In this document: in pieces, positions 1-9,173 of the stretch | Layout: every line of letters starts with the position of its first letter | Numbering within the stretch: the first letter of the stretch is position 1 | From: an uncultured bacterium | Lineage (GTDB): Bacteria; Hydrothermota; Tepidihabitantia; Tepidihabitantales; Tepidihabitantaceae | Direction: 5' to 3' | DNA: 64,000 nucleotides | Assembly (NCBI GenBank): GCA_965370805.1 | Contig: CBDUVZ010000002.1 | Location: 706-64,705 of the forward strand | Position numbers and translations under genes: made by a program | Notes under the pieces: model-generated | Databases searched by the model: none | Told to the model about the DNA's origin: nothing | The model's input: the letters and a program-made list of their open reading frames with translations, nothing else

Positions 1-1884
1 GGGGACGGAGGGTGTCCTTGTTGGCGTAGTAGTACTGCCGGGACGGGTAGGCGATAGTCAGGGCCGAGTTGAGGATGCCGTAGTCGCTGGCGTAAACGAC
101 GTCCCCGTCCAGTGTGAGCGCATTGGCGGAGAACCCGTTGCCCAGCCGGCGGCAGAAGACCAGCGCGTTCCTGAGCCCGGCCCGCCGGACGTTCTGCACG
201 ACCCGGGTGTCAACCAGACCGTAGGAGCGGAATTCCGCCAGGCGTGGCGGCAGACCGACCGCGAGCATCACCAGCAGCAGGACGACCAGGGTCCGGCCGA
301 CGAAGTGCGATGCCGCCCGGTCCGAGACGTCGAGCCGGCAGTTCCGGTTCAGGAACTCCTTGAGTCGCATTCCGCCGAGCACGGTCAGAATCACGAGGCA
401 CGCCGCGGATTCGTAAAGGAAGCGGGATCCGAAGCTGGCGTCGTGGTACCAATAGAAGAAGTGAACCGCGGTCAGGCTGACGAATCCGAGGAGGAGCAGC
501 CAGTCGCGTTTGTCTTTCGTGCCGGCGCCGAACAGGAGCAGAATCGGCACCAGGGATGGAATCGGCCATTCGTACAGGAACTTGTTCACCAGGGTCAGTC
601 GGTTCCCGGTGTTCACCAAGCCCCGGAAAGGGGTGTGAATCATGCCCCAGCCGCTCTTGCCGAACCCGATTCCGTGTCCGGCGCCCCATTTGACCACGTA
701 CCCGAACAGGAGCGGGTCGCCGTTCGTCAGCCAGTTGTACGCGAATGTCAGGCTCGAGACCGCGGCCAGACCGAGAGCCATCAACCCGAACCGGGGAACC
801 AGTCTCTTCGGATTTTTCACTGCCCGGTACAGACCGTAGGCCGCGAACGGCAGCGCCACCCCGAACGCGGTGTAGGGCCGGACGTTGACCACCAGGCCGA
901 GGAACGCCCCGGCAAACAGGGCCTGGCGCCATCTTCCCTGGCGCAGGACCCGGAAGTAGAAAAGCAGGGACAGGGTCGTGAAGAGCAGCGCGCTCGAATG
1001 GTTCATGAATTCGGCCGACATGTTGAAGATGAACGGCGTGAAGCAGGCAAGGACTCCGGCCAGCCGGCCGGTCCGTTCGTCGTAGACCTCCCGGCCCAGC
1101 AGGTAGATTGCCGGTACGGTCAATGCGCCGAGCAGTGGGTTGATAATCCACGGCATGCCGATGAGGACGCCCGGTGCCAGCAGGAGCGAGTGAAGGAAAG
1201 GATACTGCGAATACCATTGCCCGTGGTTGATGATATGGAACAGGTCAAAGAAGTCGGGGAACCGCGGCGAATCAAGGAACAGCCGGCCGGTGGCGAATAT
1301 CCGCGCCTGGAAGAACTGGGCAATCGAGTCCGGGACCCGGGGCATGTGCCCGAACGAGAAGACCGATATCAGGTTGGCGACGATGAACGCGAAGCCGAAC
1401 AGGAGCAGCAGGTAAGTCCGGCGGTCAAGCCCGATGAGCCACTGGTAGGTGCGCTCCAGCGGCCGGTCGAGGAATCGGAGTTTGTCGTACGCCCCGGCCA
1501 GGAACAGGGCGAGCCCGGTGCCGGCCAGAATGAGATAGAGCACCATCCGGGACCCGGTCTCGGACGGGAAGGTATCCGGGAGTTCCCACGGGAACATGGT
1601 GAAGACGAGAAGCACGAGCACGATTGTCGTCGGCACCGCGAACCTGAGCCGGCGCCAGGGCGCTGCGACGGCCCGGCGGAACAGCGGGAACAGGAGTCCG
1701 AGACCGAAGGCGGCCAGCGGCAACCCGACCACAATCCACCAGATGGGGAAGTAGTAATACTGCCCGGCCGGCATCCCCGGGAATCGGACGAATGCCCTGA
1801 ACCGGGCGGCAAGCAGGTAGGAGTCACCGTAGTTGGAAACAGCGGCCAGTCCGAGCAGGACCAGTCCGACAACGAGCAGCACCA
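1..1884 (-). CDS. ArnT/PMT-like (GT83/GT39-type) integral-membrane glycosyltransferase, 3' end truncated by window start
   Basis: Manual reverse-complement translation gives an uninterrupted frame from ATG at 1884 to the window edge: MVLLVVGLVLLGLAAVSNYGDSYLLAARF ... YYYANKDTLRP. Many predicted TM helices are followed by a soluble C-terminal part. Absent from the ORF track because it is edge-truncated. The listed plus ORF 305-1927 is its antisense shadow. Confidence 0.6.
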
Positions 1885-1970
1885 TCTTGACTGCCGGGCT
1901 GATGCGTGTCCCCGGCTGCGCCGGTAGCTGCCGTCGGTTGCTGCTCTGCTTATCTTCTGACAAATACGCT

Positions 1971-2010
1971 CCTCAGCAGGGCGGTGGCTTTCCGCCGCGC
2001 CCTGCTGAGG
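1971..2010 (-). terminator. Hairpin (13-bp perfect stem CCTCAGCAGGGCG / CGCCCTGCTGAGG) downstream of wzc-like gene
   Basis: Perfect inverted repeat seen directly. On the minus-strand RNA it is followed by a U-containing stretch (AGCGUAUUUGUCAG). Confidence 0.45.
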
Positions 2011-2054
2011 CGATTATAGGCCCGACCGGAATCGGGTCAACTGCGGTCTGACGG

Positions 2055-4241
2055 CTAGCCGGCTTCGTCGGCCCGCTGTTGCTGGAGATTGCCGTAGTTG
2101 TAGGAGCGGTACTTATACCGGTAATACCCGTAACGTCGCGACGTGCTCTGGTCGTTTCCGACGGCTCCGAACACCCGGGCGCCCGCCTGGGCCAGGACCT
2201 GCCTGGTTTCCTTCAGTGCCCTTGAGTCGGTCTTGCCGATCCGGACAATCAGCGCAACACCGTCCGCGAGAGCCGCCACCACGGCCGCATCGGCCGAGAC
2301 GAGCACCGGCGGGGCATCGAGTATCACGCAGTCGTATTCACCGGCCAAGCGGTCCAACATTACGGTGAAGGCGCGGGAATTGAGGAAGTCCACCGGTGAA
2401 GGCGGGGACGTACCTGCCGGGAGAAGACTCAATCCCTCAACCGGGCCCGGGCGGACGGCCGTCTCCAACGGGACACCGAGCATGACGACGTCGGTCAGGC
2501 CCGGTTTCCGGCGACCGCCGAACAGCTTGTGCTGCTTCGGCCGCCTGAGGTCGACGTCGATAATCAGGGTTCGCTTGCCCGACTGGGCGAATGTCAGTGC
2601 GAGATTGGCGGCATTCAGCGTTTTGCCTTCCGAAGCGCCCGGTGAAGTAACGACGATCGTCTTCAACGGCTTGTCGCCTGCGGCAGCGCCCCGGTCGACG
2701 AAGCTGAATTGCAGGTTGGTCCGCAGCACGCGGAACGCCTCGGCCGCCGGTGACTGCGGGTCGTGCAGCACAACCAGGTCCTTGCTGCGACCGGGGGAGG
2801 CTTGTGCGCCGTTCGGCTTCAACCGCGGCACACTGGCGAGGACTCCAAATCCGCTCCGTTCCAGATCTTCGACCCGTCGAACCCGGGTATCGAAGTGCTC
2901 GACCGTGAAGACTGTTCCCAGCGACAGGAACAGACCGAGCAGCAGGGCCATTGTCGCGCCTTTGCGACGGCTCGGCTTCACCTTTCCGCCCGGCTCCGGG
3001 CTGTCGATTACCCGCACCGCCGAAATCCTGCCCGCTTCCTGGATCCGGGTTTCCTCGTAGCGCTGAGCCAGCAGGGCGTACACCTGGCGGTCGACTTCCA
3101 CGTCCCGCGTCATCCGCGCCAGCGCTTGTTCCCGCACGGGCAGACGCTTGAGTTCACGGTCGTACTGCTCAACGACGTTCCCTAGTACCTTTTCCGATGC
3201 ACGCAGTCGAACGAGCTCCGGCCGCAGTTCAACCGTCCGGGCAGCCAGTTCCTCGACGCGGCCGACCCCACTCATTGCCATGTCGGCGCTGATGAACTCC
3301 GCTATCTCCCGGCCCAGTTCTCCCTTGACGGCCGCTATCTTCCGGTCGAGTTCCTGAACCCGCGGACTGGCCTCGGGGAAGCCCTGGACGAAAAGCCCCG
3401 CCCGTTTTTCCTCCAGGCCGTAGAGATTGGCCTGCATCCCGGCAACCAGCGGCGACGAGAAGTCGTCCGGCTCCAGCCCGGCCGCCAGGCCGGCGCTGTC
3501 CAGTTCACCGGAGACGAATGCCAGTTCGCGCTCCTTGCCTTCCCGTTCGGCACGCGTCTCCTCGTACAACGCGAGCACCGCGGACTGCCGCCCGACGAGT
3601 GCCCTTGTCTCCTCGGCGAGATCAGTGACCCGATTGGTCTGCTTGTAGCTGGCGAGCATCTGCTCCGCCGAATCCAGCCTGGCTTCAACCAGTCCCAGTT
3701 GCCCCTTGACGAAATCCTTCACTGCGGCAACGTCGGCCCGGTTCCGCGTCAGGTTGAAGTCACGGTAGGCCTCGACGTACGCATTCGCCAGCGCCTGCGC
3801 CAGCTCCGGGCTCGTCGCCTCGACGCTCAGTTGCAGGATATCGGCATCCCGGATTCCCCGTACGGAAACGCGCCGACGCAGACGGCGCGGGTCGGCGGAC
3901 GAAAACCGCGCCAGTTCCTCCCGGTAATCGTCCGCCAGCATGTCAAGCGCCATCCCTGCCAGCGTGTGGCTCCGGAGAATCTCTATGTGATTCATCAGGT
4001 TCGGGCCGCGGCGCGGCCAGCCCGACCGGGCGGCACTGAACAGATCAACCTGCCCGTACGCCGACCCTTCACTGCTGACTAGCATGGTCGCAGTCGACCG
4101 GTATTCCGGCCGCTGGCAGACCGTGGCAATGTAGGTAAGTGCCGCGACCCCGACGAAAAGTCCAACCGCCAGCCAGAGGCGACGCACCACTACGTCCCAG
4201 TAGTCGCGAAAGGCCTTCGTCTTTGTCTCAACTTCGTTCAA
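2055..4241 (-). CDS. wzc: Polysaccharide co-polymerase / tyrosine autokinase (Wzc/GumC/EpsB BY-kinase family)
   Basis: N-terminal TM plus chain-length-determinant region. C-terminal P-loop ATPase (VVTSPGASEGKT) and Tyr-rich tail RRYGYYRYKYRSYNYGN. TTG start at 4241 preceded by GGAGGT. Confidence 0.85.
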   Translation of the reverse strand: MNEVETKTKAFRDYWDVVVRRLWLAVGLFVGVAALTYIATVCQRPEYRSTATMLVSSEGSAYGQVDLFSAARSGWPRRGPNLMNHIEILRSHTLAGMALDMLADDYREELARFSSADPRRLRRRVSVRGIRDADILQLSVEATSPELAQALANAYVEAYRDFNLTRNRADVAAVKDFVKGQLGLVEARLDSAEQMLASYKQTNRVTDLAEETRALVGRQSAVLALYEETRAEREGKERELAFVSGELDSAGLAAGLEPDDFSSPLVAGMQANLYGLEEKRAGLFVQGFPEASPRVQELDRKIAAVKGELGREIAEFISADMAMSGVGRVEELAARTVELRPELVRLRASEKVLGNVVEQYDRELKRLPVREQALARMTRDVEVDRQVYALLAQRYEETRIQEAGRISAVRVIDSPEPGGKVKPSRRKGATMALLLGLFLSLGTVFTVEHFDTRVRRVEDLERSGFGVLASVPRLKPNGAQASPGRSKDLVVLHDPQSPAAEAFRVLRTNLQFSFVDRGAAAGDKPLKTIVVTSPGASEGKTLNAANLALTFAQSGKRTLIIDVDLRRPKQHKLFGGRRKPGLTDVVMLGVPLETAVRPGPVEGLSLLPAGTSPPSPVDFLNSRAFTVMLDRLAGEYDCVILDAPPVLVSADAAVVAALADGVALIVRIGKTDSRALKETRQVLAQAGARVFGAVGNDQSTSRRYGYYRYKYRSYNYGNLQQQRADEAG

Positions 4242-4293
4242 GATGACCTCCGTTCTGTTCCGGTAAATATCTGCCTGCTATTGGCTAGCGACA

Positions 4294-5412
4294 TCATACT
4301 GCTTCCTTCAGCGCGCCGGCGACCGCTGCGACGTCTTCCCTTGTCATCCTCGTGTGGAAGGGCAGCGCGATAGTCCGGTCCCCAGCCGCTTCGCATATCG
4401 GATAATCTCCTTTTCTGTGCCCGAACTGCCGCCGGTAGAAAGGCTGGAGGTGAATCGGCCGGAAGTAGTCGCTGCACTGGATTCCCCGGCCGCGCAGCAC
4501 AGTCAGTATCCGGTCCCGGTCCTGTCTTCCGCGGCCGTTGCGCAGTCTGACCACGTAGACGAACCAGCTCATCGTCGTCCCGGGTGCAACCCGCGGAGTC
4601 TGCACGAACTTCAGCCTCGCGAGCGATTCGTCGTACCAGGCCGCGACCTGCTTTCTCCGGGCCAGAATCACCTCGACCCGTTTCATCTGGGCCAGTCCCA
4701 GCGCGGCGCTGACTTCACTCAGCCGGTAGTTGAAACCCAACTGGATGTGCTCCAGCCAGGTCCCGTTCCGGATGCGCCTTCCCTGGTTCGCCATGCTACG
4801 GCACGACTCGGCAATCTGTTTCCGGTCGGTGACAATCATCCCGCCCTCGCCGGTAGTAATCTGCTTGTTCGGGTAGAACGCAAAGACCCCGGCTTCACCG
4901 AACGCCCCGCATTTCTTCCCGCCGATTCCGGCCCCGAGCGCTTCGCACGAATCTTCAATCAGCTTCAGGCGGTGGCGCCGGGCAATCCGCTGCAGCGCGG
5001 GCCAGTCCGCCGGATGTCCGAACAGATCGACCGCCAGGATTGCCCTGGTCTTGCGGGTAATCCGTTCCTCGATTCTCTCCGGGTCGATATTCAGCGTCTG
5101 CGGGTCGATATCCACGAACACCGGCTTCACCCGCTCAAACAGGAGGCAATTCGCCGACGCCACGAAGCTGAACGGGGTCGTGATTACCTCATCACCTTCC
5201 TTCAATCCGAGCGCCCGCACCACCAGGTGCAAACCCGACGTGCCGGAGTTCACCGCCACCGCGTAACGGGTCCCGACGTATCGCGCCACCGTCTTCTCGA
5301 ACTGCGTAGTTACAGGACCCAACGCAAGTTGGCGGCCGTGGAGCACTTCAAGCACGGCAAGGCGCTCGGCCCCGGTGATGTCAGGCGAAGACAACGCAAT
5401 TGACATTTCCAT
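4294..5412 (-). CDS. DegT/DnrJ/EryC1/StrS-family PLP-dependent sugar aminotransferase
   Basis: Family-typical sequence (AVNSGTSGLHL..., conserved Lys region). Start placed at internal Met (MEMSIALSS) because GGAGGG lies 6 nt upstream. Confidence 0.85.
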   Translation of the reverse strand: MEMSIALSSPDITGAERLAVLEVLHGRQLALGPVTTQFEKTVARYVGTRYAVAVNSGTSGLHLVVRALGLKEGDEVITTPFSFVASANCLLFERVKPVFVDIDPQTLNIDPERIEERITRKTRAILAVDLFGHPADWPALQRIARRHRLKLIEDSCEALGAGIGGKKCGAFGEAGVFAFYPNKQITTGEGGMIVTDRKQIAESCRSMANQGRRIRNGTWLEHIQLGFNYRLSEVSAALGLAQMKRVEVILARRKQVAAWYDESLARLKFVQTPRVAPGTTMSWFVYVVRLRNGRGRQDRDRILTVLRGRGIQCSDYFRPIHLQPFYRRQFGHRKGDYPICEAAGDRTIALPFHTRMTREDVAAVAGALKEAV

Positions 5413-5414
5413 AA

Positions 5415-6611
5415 TTACCCTCCTACTGTCAGTTTCGAATTCCGAATTCCAATTCCCGAATTCGTGTTTCGGCATTCGGCATTCGGCATTTCCGACCGGT
5501 TTTTCAGCAACTCGAACACGTGCCGTTCATCGCGCACCACCCGGTTCTCGTCAAACAGCTCGACCGCCCGGAGCCGACCTGCCCGGCCCATTCCCCGACC
5601 CAGCGCTTCGTCGGTAACAACCCGGACAATGGCGTCGGCCAGGCCGACCGAGTCCTGGGGCGCCACCAGCAGTCCGGTCACACCGTCGACCACTTCCTCG
5701 CGGCAACCCCGGATGTCGGTTGCCACCACCGGCTTCCCCATCGCCATCGCCTCGATTACGCTCCGCGGCATCCCTTCGCGCCACGACGGCAGGACGAAAA
5801 GCGTAGCCCGGGCCAGCAGGCTTCGGACATCGCGGCGGAAGCCGGGGAAGTCCCACCAAGACCCCACCCCGATTTCCTCCGCCAGTCGCTGAACGTTTCC
5901 GAGGTCCGGTCCGTCGCCGGCAAGCATAAACCGCACGAACGGCACGCGGTCAATCACCCGGCGCGACGCTCGAACCAGTTCGAACACGCCTTTCTCGCGC
6001 ACCACCCGACAGGCACAGAGCACAATCGGCCTGACCGGACCGGCTTCCGGGGGGTGCGGCTTGAATTCCTCCAACTGCACGCCGTTGCCGATGTGAACCG
6101 GGCCCAATCCGGTCCGGTGCGAACGGATGCCGCGCTTCCTTGCCCAGTCATAGTCTTCGTGTGACTGGAGCAGCAACAGGTCGGTCAGGTAGCGACACGC
6201 GAACTCCTCCGCTCCGGCGAACAGCAGCCGCTTCCATCGTCCCATCCGGTCGTGATGGTAGAACCCGTGGGCAGTGTAGACGATATACGGCACCCGGCAG
6301 AGCCGGCCCGCGATGCGACCGACCATCGCCATCACCGGGGTATGAACGTGAAGCACATCCGGCCGGTATCGCTTGAGCAGCGCGATAACACTGAACAGGC
6401 TCTTCACCAGTTCCTTCGGGCCAAGGTTCCGCGTTGTCCGGACCCGGAACATCTCAAACCCGGCATCCTGAACCCGATGTGCTCCTTTTGACCCGGGATC
6501 GAAATCGGCCGCACCCGCGACTTCCCAGCCCGCGTCCCGCAACTCCTCAAGCAGCGCGAACAGCAGGGTTCCAATCGTGCTGTCGAGCGCCGCAAGCTGA
6601 AGGATTCTCAT
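5415..6611 (-). CDS. Glycosyltransferase family 4 (GT-B, group 1)
   Basis: GT4 motifs (EGMPRSVIEAMAMGKPVVATD). ATGA start/stop overlap with the upstream gene. The C-terminal tail reads through a heptamer repeat element. Confidence 0.8.
   Translation of the reverse strand: MRILQLAALDSTIGTLLFALLEELRDAGWEVAGAADFDPGSKGAHRVQDAGFEMFRVRTTRNLGPKELVKSLFSVIALLKRYRPDVLHVHTPVMAMVGRIAGRLCRVPYIVYTAHGFYHHDRMGRWKRLLFAGAEEFACRYLTDLLLLQSHEDYDWARKRGIRSHRTGLGPVHIGNGVQLEEFKPHPPEAGPVRPIVLCACRVVREKGVFELVRASRRVIDRVPFVRFMLAGDGPDLGNVQRLAEEIGVGSWWDFPGFRRDVRSLLARATLFVLPSWREGMPRSVIEAMAMGKPVVATDIRGCREEVVDGVTGLLVAPQDSVGLADAIVRVVTDEALGRGMGRAGRLRAVELFDENRVVRDERHVFELLKNRSEMPNAECRNTNSGIGIRNSKLTVGG
5432..5493. repeat. Heptanucleotide REP-like palindromic element (GAATTCC/CATTCGG units), copy A
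   Basis: Seen directly: gaattccgaattccaattcccgaattcgtgtttcggcattcggcattcggcatt. Confidence 0.7.
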
Positions 6612-7924
6612 CGTTTCATGTTATCCGGGTATAGATGTCTGACCCTTGACACGACCGGCCGGAACTTGCCGTTTGCGCCGCGTGCTATCCGGTTGACCCG
6701 CTCGACCTCAATCGCCACCCCGTGGCCCAGCTTGTCGTGCAGGTTACGGACAAGCCCGGTTTCCGTATCCTGACTGCAGCCCGGCCCGGGTACAATCAGG
6801 ACCCGAATCCGCTTCAGTTCCTCCTGGACAATCTGGCCCTCGACAATGCCCTCAAGGCCCCAGAACACCGGGGCCAGCACGCCGATGTAGCCGCGTCCGG
6901 GCACATAGATAATATCATTGGTGCGCCCCTCGATTCGGTTGATGCGCGGCATATCCCGGCCGCACGCGCACCGCTCCTTCGGACCCGGCACCGCGATGTC
7001 GCCGACCCGATACCGAACCAGGAACATCACCGGGTTGAGAAACGACGTCACGACAACCTCGCCCGGTTCTCCACAGTCTGCGGGCGTTCCATCTTTGCGG
7101 ATGATCTCGCTGATTCCGTACTCGGGATTGACGTGCATCGTACCGTGTTCGCAGTCACACCAGTAACAACTGGGCTCGCTCGACGCGTACTGATTGAAAA
7201 CCCGGCACCCGAACGCCTGCTCCAGTTCCTCCCGGTCTCCCGGCCGCAGGGTTTCGGCGGTCACCATCAGTGCCCTGGGAACCGGCAGCCTGGTCCCGAG
7301 ATTCCGACTCACCCGGGCGATAGCCAGCAGCGCGGACGGATACCCGTCAATCACCTCGGGCCGGAACTCACGCAATGCCTCGGCGTAGAACGGCACGGTT
7401 TCCGGAGAAATGCACATGGCCGAGAACAGCACCGCATTGCCCGGACGGTTTCTGCGCCAGTAGACGTGACTGTGCGAGCCCTGATTTGCCGGAATGATGG
7501 GCCGGCCGGTGAACTGGGCACGCCGGGGATAGAAAGGGTCACTCAGCCCGGCCCAGTGCCGGAGCCTGGCCACGAACGCCCAGCGCCGCGAAAACCCGTC
7601 CCGGGTATCGTAGTGCGTCAGCGCCGCTCCGGTCGTACCGCTGGTGGACGCCTTCCGGCAGTTGCGCAGATCGAATCCCTGGTCCACGAACAAGTGCTCC
7701 TGACCACGCACCTGGGACCTCTCCAGAACCGGCAGGCCACGGATGTCCTCCGGCTCCTTGAAATCCCCGGGAAAGCAGCCGAGTCCCTTCTGCAACTCAC
7801 GGTAATACGGCACACGGGCAAAAGCAACCCGCAGCAACGCCTGCAGCCGGCGAACCTGATACCGGTGATACTCCTCCGCGCTCCACGTCTCCGAACCCAA
7901 CAGGAAATCAAACTCAGCCCGCAT
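6608..7924 (-). CDS. Phenylacetate-CoA ligase family adenylate-forming enzyme (PaaK/CapK/F390-synthetase-like)
   Basis: ASTSGTTG AMP-binding motif. N-terminal SAEEYHRYQVRRLQALL matches PaaK-family N-termini. Start set at ATG 7924 (MRAEFDF). The longer ORF to 8089 translates a repeat element (RHSAFGI), so the start is uncertain. Confidence 0.7.
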   Translation of the reverse strand: MRAEFDFLLGSETWSAEEYHRYQVRRLQALLRVAFARVPYYRELQKGLGCFPGDFKEPEDIRGLPVLERSQVRGQEHLFVDQGFDLRNCRKASTSGTTGAALTHYDTRDGFSRRWAFVARLRHWAGLSDPFYPRRAQFTGRPIIPANQGSHSHVYWRRNRPGNAVLFSAMCISPETVPFYAEALREFRPEVIDGYPSALLAIARVSRNLGTRLPVPRALMVTAETLRPGDREELEQAFGCRVFNQYASSEPSCYWCDCEHGTMHVNPEYGISEIIRKDGTPADCGEPGEVVVTSFLNPVMFLVRYRVGDIAVPGPKERCACGRDMPRINRIEGRTNDIIYVPGRGYIGVLAPVFWGLEGIVEGQIVQEELKRIRVLIVPGPGCSQDTETGLVRNLHDKLGHGVAIEVERVNRIARGANGKFRPVVSRVRHLYPDNMKR

Positions 7925-8023
7925 CCGAGCCTGGTCCGCGCGCCGGTATCGGAAGTCAAACCCCTGGGCCGACACAAACAGGTGCTGCAGCCATACCGGG
8001 GCACGCTGGTAGCAGGCCTCGGC

Positions 8024-8097
8024 AATGCCGAATGCCGAATGCCGAATGCCGGGTTTCAAGTGCCGAATTCGGAAATCGTCATTTGGCATTCGGTATT
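8024..8097. repeat. Heptanucleotide REP-like palindromic element, copy B (both orientations, potential hairpin)
   Basis: atgccgaatgccgaatgccgaatgccgggtttcaagtgccgaattcggaaatcgtcatttggcattcggtat; lies between the CapK-like and CapA-like genes. Confidence 0.7.
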
Positions 8098-9173
8098 TCC
8101 TTTTGTTTCAGCACCGTCGCCGCCGCAATCACATGCTGCCACCTGAATCTGCGGAAAGCCTGCAGCAGACCGCCGGAACGCCCGATGAAGCGCACCGGTG
8201 CGCCCAGCGCCCACTGTCGGACCAGTTCGCGCCGCCAGAGCCGCCGGTAACGGGACTCGGGCCATCCCAACGGCCGGTTCAGCCGTTCCTGCATCCGACG
8301 CCTCCGCCCGGTGTCGTCACGCCTCAAAACATGACCCTCCTGCAGCAGAGGCACCACCGCAACGCGCTCCACGCCCGTTCTGCTCACTTCGCAGATGCCC
8401 ACACCTGTCTGCCGGGAAATACGGGGCCACGGCCGGCTCTCACGACCATTCAGGCCCCCGAACAGGAAATTCCCCAGGCTGTAGAAAATGCAGCCATTCT
8501 CCCAGCGCTCGTACCCCTGCAGGCAGTGCGAATGGTGACCTGCGACCACCCTGGCCCCGGCCTCGACCAGTCGCCTTGCGAGACGCCGCTGTGCCGTGTG
8601 CGGGTATCTGACGAACTCGGTTCCCCAGTGCAGGTTCACCACCACGATATCGACCCGGGCCGCAAGCTCACGCACCTCGGCAACCGCCCGCTCTTCATCA
8701 AGGAAGTTAACATGCACCCCGGCCCGGTCCGGGATACACGGATTGGTCTCCCGGCCGACGTAATTGAGCAGGCCGAAAGTCAGCCCTTGCCGGCTGAGCA
8801 CCAGCGGTCGTTGCGCCGCGGCCGCACTCACCGAGGCCCCGAGGAATCCGAGCCCGTGCTCCTCGAAGAACCGGACTGTATTCCCGAAGCCCTGCTCCAG
8901 GCAATCGTACGCGTGGTTGTTGGCCATGAGCCCGACGTCGAGTCGAAGCGGAAGAATGCAGGTCGCGGCATCGGCAGTAGTGCATACCCGCGGCTGCTTC
9001 AGCACGTTCATTCCGCCGTCGCCCCAGAGCGGCGACTCCCAGTTCCCGACCCGAAGAGCACATTCTCCCAGATGCGAAGCGACTTCGGCCATGTTGCCGG
9101 TCAACGCCGGGTGGTACTGCGGGTCGCAGAAAAGCCCGTTGAGACTGATATCACCCACGAACTGGAGTGTCAC
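8079..9173 (-). CDS. CapA-family protein (PGA-capsule-type metallophosphoesterase-like)
   Basis: CapA-like sequence (FVGDISLNG ... VVNLHWGTEF ... AGHHSHCLQG). Start set at GTG 9173 (VTLQFVGD) with GGAGGG 5 nt upstream. The longer ATG ORF overlaps the upstream gene by 100 nt. Confidence 0.7.
   Translation of the reverse strand: MTLQFVGDISLNGLFCDPQYHPALTGNMAEVASHLGECALRVGNWESPLWGDGGMNVLKQPRVCTTADAATCILPLRLDVGLMANNHAYDCLEQGFGNTVRFFEEHGLGFLGASVSAAAAQRPLVLSRQGLTFGLLNYVGRETNPCIPDRAGVHVNFLDEERAVAEVRELAARVDIVVVNLHWGTEFVRYPHTAQRRLARRLVEAGARVVAGHHSHCLQGYERWENGCIFYSLGNFLFGGLNGRESRPWPRISRQTGVGICEVSRTGVERVAVVPLLQEGHVLRRDDTGRRRRMQERLNRPLGWPESRYRRLWRRELVRQWALGAPVRFIGRSGGLLQAFRRFRWQHVIAAATVLKQKEIPNAK

Noticed and set aside
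305-1927. 540-aa plus-strand ORF rich in E/Q/R
   Set aside because: Antisense shadow of the minus-strand ArnT-like membrane protein. Composition is non-protein-like, and the opposite frame translates into a coherent polytopic membrane protein.
2143-3060. 305-aa plus ORF inside wzc
   Set aside because: Antisense of a confident Wzc gene. Low-complexity S/T/R/P composition.
4354-5403. 349-aa plus ORF
   Set aside because: Antisense of the DegT aminotransferase gene.
6722-8146. 474-aa plus ORF
   Set aside because: Antisense of the PaaK-like gene. Reads through the REP copy B.
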